Counted from the first letter of the stretch, positions 1 through 12,619 are shown. The stretch is 64,000 bases of DNA from a virus (IMGVR_UViG_3300042010_000129:96001-160000); one strand, 5' to 3'. Notes: generated from the sequence alone by a model not told the origin. Numbers and translations: made by a program.

Positions 1-12
1 GGAACTGTTACT

Positions 13-3000
13 ATGAGCGAATTAACCATCAGGTCGCCAAATGGCGCGTGGGTTGACATTTGCGCCAGCGAATGGAAAGTTCTGCAAGAAGACGGTACGT
101 GGAAAGAAATTGATCCCGTGAATGATTTGCGCGTTCGTCACGGTTCGAATGATTATTGGCTGCAAATCAATTGTGATCAGGACGCGGCTTATTGCCCGCC
201 GGAACAATTGGCTGATTGCTGGCCCGGTTACAGCGGCAATTTCGACAGTTCCGAATTCAAACCCGGTGGCCCAACTGGTTATTTGGTTTGCGATTGCGAC
301 GGACTCAATTGCAAAACGTACACCGGCCACACACCGAGTTATAACGTAAAAGGCGGTCGGTTTATTTCGACCAGTCCTGTCGTTGAGAAAACAATTGCAC
401 AATCGTTGCCGACTACCCTGTTTGGTTCGGAAGCAGAAATCACTGAGGTTTTGGTTTACGCCGGTACACGCAGCGGCCATATCGAAGTGTCTGCACTCGA
501 ACTTGATACAGGTGTTCGCGTTCGCGTTTACAACGATTGCATTTTGCTCGGAGATTCCGACGTAAGCGGCGATTATTTCAACGTCTTTTTCAACACCGAA
601 CCACCGGAAACAAACGAGGACGATTGTGGCGATCCAATTCCTGCAAACAATTTCCTCACAGTTCGCGTTGACGCTCCAGCCGGTTCGCGCTGGCGTGTAA
701 AACTTGGCGATGTAAACGTCGATCAAATCACAAGTTTCCAACGGCCTGCCCCGTGCTTCGGTACGTTTGGCCCGAACCTGCCCTGCTTCGTCAACGATGA
801 AAACTATTTGTTGCCGGGTGAAGCGGTTTACGAAAATGTGCATTATTTGCCAACCACTGGCCGCGTCGATATTGACCTGACTGTGAACGGCATTGATCCG
901 GTTCATTTCCAAGTGTTTTACAACGGTGGCCTGATCGGTGATTTAGTTACGAATAACACGCCGCAATTAACGCAGGTTGCTGCAACCCTGACGTTCAACC
1001 ATAACGTGGTTGGCGGCGATAACTTCGTGATTATTCGTTACACGGCCCCGCGACAATACAACGATTGGCATTATTCGATTTTCTGCCCCGGTATGCGCGG
1101 CTCGCGAATCAACATGATGGAATGCATGGGTGTGCCTGATCCCGTGCCTTACGACGTTCTCTGTCGGCCCCTGAATGAATCGCTTGACCCGTACCACGCA
1201 ATCGTCAGCCGTGGCGCCCACACCGCAGATATTTATTACGACTACGCGGGTAAAGCTCGCGGCGATATCGTGGTGGAATATTTCGCGACGGATGCTGTGC
1301 AATTGCTGTTTTACCAAGGCAGTTATCCGAACGAAACTCTGCTGGCCGGTACGGTTTCCACAATCAGCGGACACAACCGTTTTTACTTCCGTTTTGAACC
1401 ACAAAACGGATCGGTTGTTCACGTGCGCGTTATTGGCCCGTGCTGCCCGGATTGGGCATTCACCATGAGTTGCCCGGTTCCGCCGCCTGTGTTGAATATT
1501 GCAGACGCGGAAATTGTTCGTGGATCGAAAGGCCAAACTTCGTATCTGTGTTTTGACGTAGTTTTGGAGAATAAAACTCCGCGCCGTACCACGTTCAATT
1601 GGGACACAACGCCACTCACCGCAATTGTTTCGAATGACGGATCTTGCACCGTTACAGAAACCGTTCCGAACTCGCCATTCTGCAATATCTTGGCGACTGG
1701 TTCCGGCGTCGAAGCAGGTTCTTCGAACGATACGTGGATTGGTTATTCGTGCTACCGAATTCGTTCGAGTTTGCACAGTCCGAACTGCGCGGTTGGCGGT
1801 CAGTATTACGTTGTCGAAACAGAAATCGAATTGCCTTATTCCGGCACGTACACAATCGTCGGTTGTGCGGACGATAACATGGTCGTTTATTTGGACTGTG
1901 TTCCGAAAATGTCGGCGCCTTCGTGGGAATGGGCAGCATCTGCGCAAATCACGGCAAACGCTGGATGGCAGACGCTTTCCATCATGTATCAGAACGTCCC
2001 GAACTGCACACCGGGTTGGGCGAAACTGGTAATCCTGAATAGCGCGGGTCAGGTTGTTTTTGCGACCAGTCCTTATACGCATTTGTGGCGTTCTAAGGTC
2101 GGTGGCATCACTGCAAATCCTCCGCCGTTGAGCATCACTTACGGCGCGGATTACAACAAAGTTTTGGGCAGCGGTGCAATCGAAGCTTGCCAACTTTCTA
2201 CCCGTATTTGTGTTCCAGTTTGCGGCACTGATTTGATGGGGCCAGACGTAACCTTTTTGCTGTCGTTGAAAGATTTGACGACCGCAGAGCCGGGGAAAAT
2301 GTCTGCAATCGGCACCATTAAAAACAACAACCAATTTAATTGCAGCCAAAATCCTTTGGACGCAGTTTCTGGTTACGGCCTGAACACTTATATCAACCGT
2401 GGCGCATACAACATGTACACGGGCGACCTGCTGACGTATGGCTCGGGTCAGAAAATCATGGAAGCCGATATCAACATTCCGGCGTCCGGACTTTATACGT
2501 TTTTCTTCCACGGAATGGATCATGCAGTTCTGACAATGGATTGCCAACAAATCGCGGCGGTTAGTGGTGCTGGCGGTGGTGTTCGTGCATGGGCGCCTGC
2601 AAATAAAGGCTTCCGTAAATTCGCAATCACTTACGCAATGAGCGCTTCGAATAGTGCGCGTCCCGGCTACGCTGCACTTGTGATTATGGATACGCAAAAC
2701 CGCGTTGTTTACGCATCGCATCCTGATCACTGGCGCGGTAAAGTTTTGAACGCTGGTACTCCGCCAAGCTGCAATCAATTCGCGACCAGCTGCCTCATTT
2801 CTGGTAACTCGATTCAGGAACAACAATCGGGCGGCGGTGGATCGACTGGTTACACCGTAGGATACGGATCTGTGCAGGTGCGAACTTCTTTGCACGGCAA
2901 CGGACACCAACCGAACGGCATTAACTATTCGCTGCAATATTCACCGAATCTTCCGGCTGGTGTTTACACCATGCTTTGGACGGCGGATGACGTTTCGAGT

Positions 3001-3627
3001 TTTTATGTGAACTGCGTTCACGTGCGTGATAAAAATTCGAACTGGCGCACAATTGATTCGTTCCAGTTTGCGCATCCGGGCGGTGCGGTTCCGTTGACGG
3101 TTATTTATCGCAACACAGGCGGCAACGTAGCGTGGGTGAACTGGGCAATTCTGAACAGTGCCGGGCAAGCCGTTTCTGTTTCGCGTCCGGGCCTTCCGGG
3201 TGAAGCATCGGCAGTCGGTGACGTGGTTGCCGCAACTGTTGGCGTTCCACTGTACAACACGGTTTATCGTGGTCGTTTGATGACGCATATTTCGCGCTCC
3301 ATCGGTTCCGGTGGTACTAACTATGCGTGGTGGAGTGCTGAACGCGATATCGTTATTCCGGCTGACGGCGATTATTACATTGTCGGCGGTGCTGATGATG
3401 CGTTGGGCGTTTACATCGGTTGCCAAGGTCGTGGCATTGGTGGCGAGCGGTTCCAGTTGAAAGCTGGCGCACAGAAAATGCAAATCCGTTGCTACAACTA
3501 TAAATCTGGAAACCCGAACTATTTCTGGTTCACGCTTTACAACTCGGCAGGTCAAGTTGTCTATGACAGCAGCGCAGCCGGTTGGAAAGGCAAGTGGACG
3601 GATCTGGATTTCTCTGGATTGAGCTAA
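13..3627 (+). CDS. Large Cys-rich virion/tail adhesin-like protein: 3 beta-sandwich repeats, split Calx-beta, 4 PA14-like domains
   Basis: 1204 aa ORF. Four internal repeats with (A/G)DD-x5-C and a LNSAGQVV-like end. Calx-beta-like LNIADAEIV...TA and DY...GTIKNN halves. Confidence 0.7.
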   Translation: MSELTIRSPNGAWVDICASEWKVLQEDGTWKEIDPVNDLRVRHGSNDYWLQINCDQDAAYCPPEQLADCWPGYSGNFDSSEFKPGGPTGYLVCDCDGLNCKTYTGHTPSYNVKGGRFISTSPVVEKTIAQSLPTTLFGSEAEITEVLVYAGTRSGHIEVSALELDTGVRVRVYNDCILLGDSDVSGDYFNVFFNTEPPETNEDDCGDPIPANNFLTVRVDAPAGSRWRVKLGDVNVDQITSFQRPAPCFGTFGPNLPCFVNDENYLLPGEAVYENVHYLPTTGRVDIDLTVNGIDPVHFQVFYNGGLIGDLVTNNTPQLTQVAATLTFNHNVVGGDNFVIIRYTAPRQYNDWHYSIFCPGMRGSRINMMECMGVPDPVPYDVLCRPLNESLDPYHAIVSRGAHTADIYYDYAGKARGDIVVEYFATDAVQLLFYQGSYPNETLLAGTVSTISGHNRFYFRFEPQNGSVVHVRVIGPCCPDWAFTMSCPVPPPVLNIADAEIVRGSKGQTSYLCFDVVLENKTPRRTTFNWDTTPLTAIVSNDGSCTVTETVPNSPFCNILATGSGVEAGSSNDTWIGYSCYRIRSSLHSPNCAVGGQYYVVETEIELPYSGTYTIVGCADDNMVVYLDCVPKMSAPSWEWAASAQITANAGWQTLSIMYQNVPNCTPGWAKLVILNSAGQVVFATSPYTHLWRSKVGGITANPPPLSITYGADYNKVLGSGAIEACQLSTRICVPVCGTDLMGPDVTFLLSLKDLTTAEPGKMSAIGTIKNNNQFNCSQNPLDAVSGYGLNTYINRGAYNMYTGDLLTYGSGQKIMEADINIPASGLYTFFFHGMDHAVLTMDCQQIAAVSGAGGGVRAWAPANKGFRKFAITYAMSASNSARPGYAALVIMDTQNRVVYASHPDHWRGKVLNAGTPPSCNQFATSCLISGNSIQEQQSGGGGSTGYTVGYGSVQVRTSLHGNGHQPNGINYSLQYSPNLPAGVYTMLWTADDVSSFYVNCVHVRDKNSNWRTIDSFQFAHPGGAVPLTVIYRNTGGNVAWVNWAILNSAGQAVSVSRPGLPGEASAVGDVVAATVGVPLYNTVYRGRLMTHISRSIGSGGTNYAWWSAERDIVIPADGDYYIVGGADDALGVYIGCQGRGIGGERFQLKAGAQKMQIRCYNYKSGNPNYFWFTLYNSAGQVVYDSSAAGWKGKWTDLDFSGLS

Positions 3628-3638
3628 GGTGAAAATAA

Positions 3639-5672
<2,034 letters not shown>

Positions 5673-5677
5673 TGACG

Positions 5678-5707
5678 AAAAGGGGCCTATTTTTTGGCCC
5701 CTTTTTT
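5678..5707 (+). terminator. Intrinsic terminator
   Basis: AAAAGGGGCC-TATTTTTT-GGCCCCTTTTTT, directly followed by GGAG SD. Confidence 0.8.
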
Positions 5708-5717
5708 GGAGTTTTTT

Positions 5718-8700
5718 ATGGCATTGATTAAACTAAATGGCACGGCGCTCGCCTCTTCACAGTGGAACGATTTCGGAACTATTGCCGCGATCAACGACGG
5801 CAACAACGCAACCGGTTGGTCTGGTGGTGGCGTTAGTTCTACGGCTGACTGGGCCGCGATTCTATTTGCAGGCGCAGAAAAAGCAAAACAAGTAGACGCC
5901 TATTTCTATTCGTGGGGCAACACGATTGTAATCGGCTACGCGAATGCTGCACCGACTTCGAAAGCAAGTTTTACCGTTGTCAGAACAATTGACATTCGCA
6001 CGCAACCGAATGACGACCTCGGTGTGCCGTGGGCGCGGCTTACGAAAAACACGATTATTTTACCGGGCGACGTGGCCGGTACTTATTGGGGCATTTACAC
6101 CAACGACGTAGGGCCGGGTATTCTCGGATTTAACGGCGGTGGCCTCGACCGCGCACGCATCATGGAATTGAATTTCTACAAAGATGACGTGATTGTTCCT
6201 GCTGTTCCATCCGGGCCAAACCCGAAACCTCCATCCGGCTCGCCAGCCATCCCGTTCGCCACAACTCCCGGTGGTTGGACACGGACTGAAATTGCAGTAA
6301 ATGGCAGCGGGACATTCACACCGGGTGTCGATACCACGCTGATTGCAGTTGGTTTGCAGGGCGCTGGTGCTGGTGGTCGAGTCAACGTATCGACAACTGG
6401 TTTAACTACGCCTAATGATTCCACATTAAATGGCGGCGACACTTTTATTTCTAATGCGAGTGGGCAAATTGCGGTGGCCCCCGGTGGCATTGGAAACGCT
6501 ACTCCATTTTTGCCGAAATTTCCGGGTAGCCTCGGAACGCTTTGTGATTGGATTCGCGCAACTGATGGAAGTGGCCGCGCAGGCGGAACAACTGCCATCG
6601 GATCGAACACCAGTGTGGCAGGTGGTGCGTCGTTTATGGGTGGTACGGCGGGCACCGTAATTACGGGCGGTCTTGCTACGCAGAATACAAACGGCCCGGT
6701 TACTGCGACCACGACATTTACAGGAACTGCTGCACTTCCATTTACGCCGACGTATGTAAACGCAAACCGAAATTCCAGTTTGGGCCTTGTGACAACGAAC
6801 GGTTTGGCGCCGTCCGCTGGAAATCCAACAACCGGTTCCATTGAATATTCGTTCAAAGCTTATGCGGGACAGGCGATTACCGTTAACGCCGTTGCGGTTA
6901 CTCCAGCCGGAACCTGTACGCTCACGTATTATTTGAACGGTGTTGCAAAAGGAACACTCGTTGCCTCAACCGGCACCGCATTTCCTGTAGTTTTCACACC
7001 CGAAGTTGATGGCACTCAAACCATTAAATTCGAACTGATTATTACCGCAACTACAGGCTCCCCTCCGATCTGCCGTCTGACGAACATGACGATGACCGGT
7101 GTTGGTCAGGCCGGTGCGCAATCCGGTGCATCCGGTCGTGCTGCTACATTCTTTTTCTTACCTGACGGCCCATTTGATTATACGGTCGGTAAAGGTGGTA
7201 TTGGTCAACCCGGTGGGCAAGCCATAACAGCTTCGCATCACGGTACACGCGGTTCTGGTGGCGGTGGCGGTGGTGGTAACGGCGGCGATGGCGTAATCGT
7301 TATTTACGAATACAAAAGCCCATTACCTCTGGAAAAAGCACCAACGCCACTTTTCCCCACCTACAACCAATCGCTAACCAACGAAGTTCTGGCGGCGTAC
7401 CGCACGAATTATACCGGCACTGCTTCTGTAACAGCTGGTTTGGGCTGGGGATCGCAAACCGCATTTACGCATAAACTTCGACCACGCACGAAATTTGTGT
7501 TGGCAGTGATGACCGGCCCCGGTGGTCAGTGGCGCGGTACTAACGTTGCCTTGGAACCGGATCAATCGCTGCCTACCGTGTTAACGTCTGGTTCGATTGT
7601 AAATACGGCGGAATCTGGTTGGACGGGTAAAACTTATGGTGGCTCTACCGGTAACGGTGGCATCGGCGGCAATATGCTGCCAGCCGATAACGTTTTGTTC
7701 GGTGCAAAAGGTACGACAGGGCAAGGCTCTGGCGCTTCTGATACAAACCAATCTGTAATTGCCGGTAGTTTTGGTAGTGGTGGACAGTCGAGTTATTTGA
7801 ACATTGCTGGCGGCGGTTGTGGCGGTTACGGATTAGTCGCAATTTCTAGCGCGCAATTCAACGAAAGTCGCACACTGGATTTGTTGATCGGTAACACCGG
7901 AACATCGGCAGGCGCTGGTGCAATTTTCATCTACGAATCGGAAACTGATTACGGCCCTTTCATTACGCAATTGGCAGAAGAAATTCTGTTTCAAAGCGGA
8001 ATTGCTGCAACCGCAACAACGCAAACTGCCGAACAGGTTTTGATCAAACAGACTGACGCCGGTTCGAACATTTCGCAAACGTCGGAAAACATTCTGTACA
8101 AGGAATCCGACAGCGCGAACAACCTGCAAGTTTCGCATGCGCATATTGCGTTTGTTGTTGATGCTGACGATCCTGCCACAACGGTTTCGCAGAACTCCGA
8201 AAACATTCTGTACCGCAGCGGCCCTGCCTCGACCAACATTTCGGTTTCGGCTGAACAAGTGTTTATGAAGGTAGGCACTCTACCGTTCCGCATTAGCAAC
8301 ACCGTGGAATTGGTTTTCGCCGCTGAATTACCGTCTGTTTTCTGGTTGAATTTCGGCACCATTCAATACCCGATGATTCGTCAATCCTACGATTCGCAAA
8401 TTGGCCGTGCAACCTCGGTTCAACCGGGCGCGTATATTCAATTGGAATCGCCCCACATGGAAGGCACGACGCTGGTTGTAAACGGCGTGGAAGTGGGATT
8501 GAGTTCGCCAGTTGCGAATAACGATCAGGTATTCATTCGTGGTGGTATTACCAACTTTTTCCAAACGGAAATGAACGTCTATACCTACTACACGAAGAAC
8601 GGGACAATCGCCCGCGAATTGGTAGGTCAATGGAAATTCACACGTGAGCCGCTGACGCCGACAGTTAGTCGCAAATATAGCGTGCCGTACACGAACACCA

Positions 8701-9911
8701 GTTGGATTAAAACGCACAACTATTTCAGTCTGGCAAATATCGTGTCTGTTTGGACGCAGGCCCGGACAATGCTCGGCGCCACACTCGAATCGTTCTATGT
8801 TTCCGGACGTTCCGCGTTGGCAAATTTGACCAGCACGTTTACAAAAGCATTGGCCTCTATGTTCCGTGGCCCGGATGCAATTGCTGATCAGAAAAACCAT
8901 TCCACATTTGAAGGCCCCGACGCAGACTTCACGCAAGCGTTGACCACTGAGTTCCGTGGCCCGGACGCAATCATTACTAAAGCGCAGGAAACAAACACTG
9001 CGTCGAATAATGCAGCGAACGATAATCCTCCGAATGTTCATTTGGAAGATGTGTTTGGTTTTGAGCAATCTTACCTCGGTCTGAAACCTGAAGACTTGTT
9101 CGATTTTGAACAGTATCAGCAGCACATTGACCAATACGAAAACACAAATTTCGAAGGCAATACCGCGAAAGGTTTCGGCCTCACGCTCGCCCTCGAATAC
9201 AAAATGATTGGCCCCGTGGGATCGGCATTGGTTCACAAAGATTACGAATATAACGCGGTTGGTAAATCGTATTCTTCTGAACAAATTTTCACTGCTATTC
9301 CAAACAGCGGCGTCGGCATTCCGTTCTTCATGAGTTTCATTGGAACGATTGCATATTCTGTTTTGGTTGCAACTGATTATACCAAATCGGCACCAGCAGG
9401 AACCGGCACGTGGTTGTTGCCTACGGGCGATGCTTACGTGGGTCGCAATGGCTTCGGTTCGTTTGCATTTACTGGAACGGAAAAAGCAAATGCGCATCCG
9501 GAATTGGCGGATCGTGAAGTTTATGTGCATCACGCGCACGAACAGGGCTATTTCACAACCAGTCCAATTATGCACAAAGTTGGGTTCGGAACGTTTGAGA
9601 AATTCGGCATTATTACGAAGGTTTATTCCAGCGTATTCGGATTGGGCAGCGTTCATGTGAAACAGAACTCGGCAATGGCTCCATTGAGTGCGTACCGACC
9701 AGCCGAGGCAGTGAGTGGGCGCAGTAATCAGGCCAGTTTGTATATGGGCTTCGATTCGTTGCAGGATGTTCAGGATTACACCGAACAGTATTCCGGCGTA
9801 ACGACGTTGCAAATGTATAACGGCTACGTTTACAACCTTGAGGTAGATAAATCGTTTGTTTGCGAAATCTATTTCAACGGGCCTATTTCCGGTCTTATTC
9901 AAGGAGGTTAA
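5718..9911 (+). CDS. Large tail/virion protein: discoidin-like N-terminus, Gly-rich domains, short repeats
   Basis: ATG 5718 has GGAG SD (track start 5694 lies inside the terminator). AINDGNNATGWS motif. GAGAGG and GGNGGDGVIVIYEY Gly-rich motifs. Confidence 0.7.
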   Translation: MALIKLNGTALASSQWNDFGTIAAINDGNNATGWSGGGVSSTADWAAILFAGAEKAKQVDAYFYSWGNTIVIGYANAAPTSKASFTVVRTIDIRTQPNDDLGVPWARLTKNTIILPGDVAGTYWGIYTNDVGPGILGFNGGGLDRARIMELNFYKDDVIVPAVPSGPNPKPPSGSPAIPFATTPGGWTRTEIAVNGSGTFTPGVDTTLIAVGLQGAGAGGRVNVSTTGLTTPNDSTLNGGDTFISNASGQIAVAPGGIGNATPFLPKFPGSLGTLCDWIRATDGSGRAGGTTAIGSNTSVAGGASFMGGTAGTVITGGLATQNTNGPVTATTTFTGTAALPFTPTYVNANRNSSLGLVTTNGLAPSAGNPTTGSIEYSFKAYAGQAITVNAVAVTPAGTCTLTYYLNGVAKGTLVASTGTAFPVVFTPEVDGTQTIKFELIITATTGSPPICRLTNMTMTGVGQAGAQSGASGRAATFFFLPDGPFDYTVGKGGIGQPGGQAITASHHGTRGSGGGGGGGNGGDGVIVIYEYKSPLPLEKAPTPLFPTYNQSLTNEVLAAYRTNYTGTASVTAGLGWGSQTAFTHKLRPRTKFVLAVMTGPGGQWRGTNVALEPDQSLPTVLTSGSIVNTAESGWTGKTYGGSTGNGGIGGNMLPADNVLFGAKGTTGQGSGASDTNQSVIAGSFGSGGQSSYLNIAGGGCGGYGLVAISSAQFNESRTLDLLIGNTGTSAGAGAIFIYESETDYGPFITQLAEEILFQSGIAATATTQTAEQVLIKQTDAGSNISQTSENILYKESDSANNLQVSHAHIAFVVDADDPATTVSQNSENILYRSGPASTNISVSAEQVFMKVGTLPFRISNTVELVFAAELPSVFWLNFGTIQYPMIRQSYDSQIGRATSVQPGAYIQLESPHMEGTTLVVNGVEVGLSSPVANNDQVFIRGGITNFFQTEMNVYTYYTKNGTIARELVGQWKFTREPLTPTVSRKYSVPYTNTSWIKTHNYFSLANIVSVWTQARTMLGATLESFYVSGRSALANLTSTFTKALASMFRGPDAIADQKNHSTFEGPDADFTQALTTEFRGPDAIITKAQETNTASNNAANDNPPNVHLEDVFGFEQSYLGLKPEDLFDFEQYQQHIDQYENTNFEGNTAKGFGLTLALEYKMIGPVGSALVHKDYEYNAVGKSYSSEQIFTAIPNSGVGIPFFMSFIGTIAYSVLVATDYTKSAPAGTGTWLLPTGDAYVGRNGFGSFAFTGTEKANAHPELADREVYVHHAHEQGYFTTSPIMHKVGFGTFEKFGIITKVYSSVFGLGSVHVKQNSAMAPLSAYRPAEAVSGRSNQASLYMGFDSLQDVQDYTEQYSGVTTLQMYNGYVYNLEVDKSFVCEIYFNGPISGLIQGG

Positions 9912-9937
9912 TTTAATAGAAACGTTGGAGAACTCAC

Positions 9938-10360
9938 ATGGCGCTGACACCAGTAAAAAAGCTAAGTGAAGTCGGCAACCGGGTACGCAAGTATTTCGAA
10001 TTGAAAACCTTGCTACTCGCCCCCAACGCTTCTGAATCCTTTGTGATTGATAGCGGTTCGTCCGCTATCGTCCAAAGACTAGAAGTTAGTGGGCCGTGCG
10101 TGGTTGAAGTTTTCGGGACAGAAACACACAATCCGATCATTGATAAAACCCCGTATAAGTTTGTCGCCGTCGCTGGCCATCTTGTGGATGATGGCTCAAC
10201 AACCCTTCGGGATGGAACCGTAATTAAATCGCGACAATATTCGATTTTTGTGAATTTGGAAAACCCGATCCGTCCGCAGGTGTACGGTCAAATCACGAAC
10301 TCGCAGCCAGTCGCAGCCAGCATCACAATTAAACTTATGTACCTGACCGTCGAGGATTAA
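9938..10360 (+). CDS. Putative virion structural protein
   Basis: 140 aa, GGAG SD, beta-rich, within the tail operon. Confidence 0.6.
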   Translation: MALTPVKKLSEVGNRVRKYFELKTLLLAPNASESFVIDSGSSAIVQRLEVSGPCVVEVFGTETHNPIIDKTPYKFVAVAGHLVDDGSTTLRDGTVIKSRQYSIFVNLENPIRPQVYGQITNSQPVAASITIKLMYLTVED

Positions 10361-10362
10361 AA

Positions 10363-11553
10363 ATGGGTATCGCAATTCTGAAAGAAGGTTTTGTCACAGC
10401 GGGCAAAGTTACGCTCGATGTGATCGACACCATGTTGGCAAACGGTTTCACCGCCGTTTTCCCTGTTGATGGTTCCGGTGTTTATCAAAAACCGGTTGGC
10501 GCGGCGCTTGAAGAATTCGTGGTAACTCTCGAAGCTGGCCCCGACGTTGATCCACTCAACAAAGTAGGCGTGACGCCAAAACAACCTTGGCGCATTAACT
10601 TCAGCGTAACCGATAACGCAACGTTGGGCGTTTTTGTCGGTAGTTCCAACGCGCTTCCGGCTGACGGTTCGATTCCGTATACCTCGGATACCGTGACCAC
10701 TACCACCGTAACCGGCGCCACTAAAAACACCCGTCTGGTGGGCGCGAAAGGTATTGTCGGTGCTGATTACACGCCGCCACGCAAAGCGAAATCTGCGTCT
10801 TCGCAAGTCGATAAAGATTTCTTCACCGATCAGAGCGAATTCGCTCCGCACTGGAACAACCCAACCGAAGGTTTTATCAACCGTCGGAATAAAGTTTGGC
10901 TGGATATCATTTCCACCACTCCACCGGGTATCGGCGGCAACGTTGCTGCTGAAGTTCTTCCGGTTTATCCAACCGAACCAGAAAAAGATATCTCCAACAC
11001 CTACCCGCTTTCGTACTACCTCGCAATTACTGATCGCGGTGTTTTCCTGTCGATCTGGCAGGGTTCCGTTACCGACATGCAGGGCCAAGATTTTTCGTGG
11101 CTGCTGGTTCAGCGTCCGGTTAAACGTGATACCGGTCTGGTTGTCACCGAAGGCAAGGCCCCGGTTTTCTGCGTGAACAGCGTAGGCAACCAAATCAACC
11201 GTTTCGTGGTTCGTGAATCTGACGTAACCGACGCCAGCGCAATTATCAGCGCCGTGGTCGATACCAAAGACGGCACCGCCATTATCAACGACAAAAAACA
11301 GGTTGGTGTTTCCGAAAATAACCAGTACATCGTTAACTATCCGTCGCGCCTGAATACTCCGCGCTACGCATACACCTACGAACTGGACATGATCGGTTTC
11401 GCATCGGCCACCGTTATTTCCGGCACCACGGAAGTTCCGCAAACCCTGTACGGTGAAGCGCAGCCGCGTACCTACCTCGGCATGCATTCCAACCTTCCGG
11501 CAAACAACGGCATGCGCATTGTCGCCCTGAAACTCGGCGCTGGCATTGCGTAA
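10363..11553 (+). CDS. Putative tail structural protein (paralogue of next gene)
   Basis: Shares QRPV..GKAPVFCV, INRF.VRE.DV, RLNT.RYAYT.ELDM and GMRIV.LK with 11567-12619. Confidence 0.7.
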   Translation: MGIAILKEGFVTAGKVTLDVIDTMLANGFTAVFPVDGSGVYQKPVGAALEEFVVTLEAGPDVDPLNKVGVTPKQPWRINFSVTDNATLGVFVGSSNALPADGSIPYTSDTVTTTTVTGATKNTRLVGAKGIVGADYTPPRKAKSASSQVDKDFFTDQSEFAPHWNNPTEGFINRRNKVWLDIISTTPPGIGGNVAAEVLPVYPTEPEKDISNTYPLSYYLAITDRGVFLSIWQGSVTDMQGQDFSWLLVQRPVKRDTGLVVTEGKAPVFCVNSVGNQINRFVVRESDVTDASAIISAVVDTKDGTAIINDKKQVGVSENNQYIVNYPSRLNTPRYAYTYELDMIGFASATVISGTTEVPQTLYGEAQPRTYLGMHSNLPANNGMRIVALKLGAGIA

Positions 11554-11566
11554 GGAGAAATAAATA

Positions 11567-12619
11567 ATGGCAGTTTCTGGATTTTATGTTCGCCGCAGCG
11601 GTTATACGCATGTGGGCGAATTGATGCTCGCAGTAATCAACGACCTTTCCACTAACGGTTTCACCGTGCGCTTTCCTGCTGCGTGGGTTCCACCGGTTGA
11701 CCCTGCTGGCCGCGCCGCTTTTAAAGTGACGCTCGAAGCAAGCGAAACCGTTGACCCACTCAACGCCACCGCTCTGCAAAATAAACAACCGTGGCGCATT
11801 CAGGTTCAAGTTTTCGACAAACACACCGCAGGTTTCACCGTTGGTTCGCAGCAGTCTTTGCGCACCGATGGTTCGGCCAGCTACGGCACCCAAGGCACCA
11901 CCACGAAAACCCTGAAAGGCCCGCTCGGTGCTGTCGGCGGTTACTACACCAAAAACCCGGCTGATCTGGCGACGTTTGCACCAGACCCAACCAAACCGGC
12001 AGAAGGTTTTATCAACCGCACTTCCCGCGTTGTTTTGAACGCGTTGGATTTGTCCGATAGTTTCCCGATGACTTATTCGCTTTCGATCACTCCACGCGGC
12101 GTGTCGTTGTGCATTTGGGAAGACTACGTTTCTGACAGCGGCGCAACCGCCGTTTCGTGGGTTGTAATTCAGCGCCCGGTAAATCGTGAAAACGGCGAAA
12201 TCGTTATCACGGGTAAAGCGCCGGTCTTCTGCGTATACAGCACGAACGGAACCATTAACCGTTTCATCGTGCGAGAACAGGACGTGCTGCGCCCTTCGGA
12301 TTCCGTGGACGCAACCAAAGACACGGATTACAACAACGCATTTCTCAATTCTCTGGAACAAGTAGCAATTTCCGAGGGTAATAAATACGTCGTTTCGTTC
12401 ATGTCGCGTCTCAACACCACCCGTTACGCGTACACCCACGAACTGGATATGGTCGGTTATACCTCGGCTGACGTGGTTTCGGAAAACACCGAAATTCCTC
12501 TGACTGTTTACGGCGAAGCAACGCCGCGTAAATACGTTTCGCTTCTGGCGAACGGTGCGAATAACACCGGCATGCGTATTGTGACACTCAAGGAAGGCGG
12601 CGGTATTTCGCTGACTTAA
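11567..12619 (+). CDS. Putative tail structural protein (paralogue of previous gene)
   Basis: AAGGAG SD. Co-linear similarity to 10363-11553. Confidence 0.7.
   Translation: MAVSGFYVRRSGYTHVGELMLAVINDLSTNGFTVRFPAAWVPPVDPAGRAAFKVTLEASETVDPLNATALQNKQPWRIQVQVFDKHTAGFTVGSQQSLRTDGSASYGTQGTTTKTLKGPLGAVGGYYTKNPADLATFAPDPTKPAEGFINRTSRVVLNALDLSDSFPMTYSLSITPRGVSLCIWEDYVSDSGATAVSWVVIQRPVNRENGEIVITGKAPVFCVYSTNGTINRFIVREQDVLRPSDSVDATKDTDYNNAFLNSLEQVAISEGNKYVVSFMSRLNTTRYAYTHELDMVGYTSADVVSENTEIPLTVYGEATPRKYVSLLANGANNTGMRIVTLKEGGGISLT

Noticed and set aside
967-2937. 656-aa antisense ORF (also 8328-9950, 33689-35071, 56632-57936 and many similar)
   Set aside because: Shadow frames opposite well-supported genes; no motifs or SD, Arg/Val-rich composition typical of codon-bias artefacts.
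5694-5717. Track start TTG 5694 (and ATG 12630, GTG 15701)
   Set aside because: They lie inside terminator hairpins or the SD; downstream ATGs have correctly spaced SDs.
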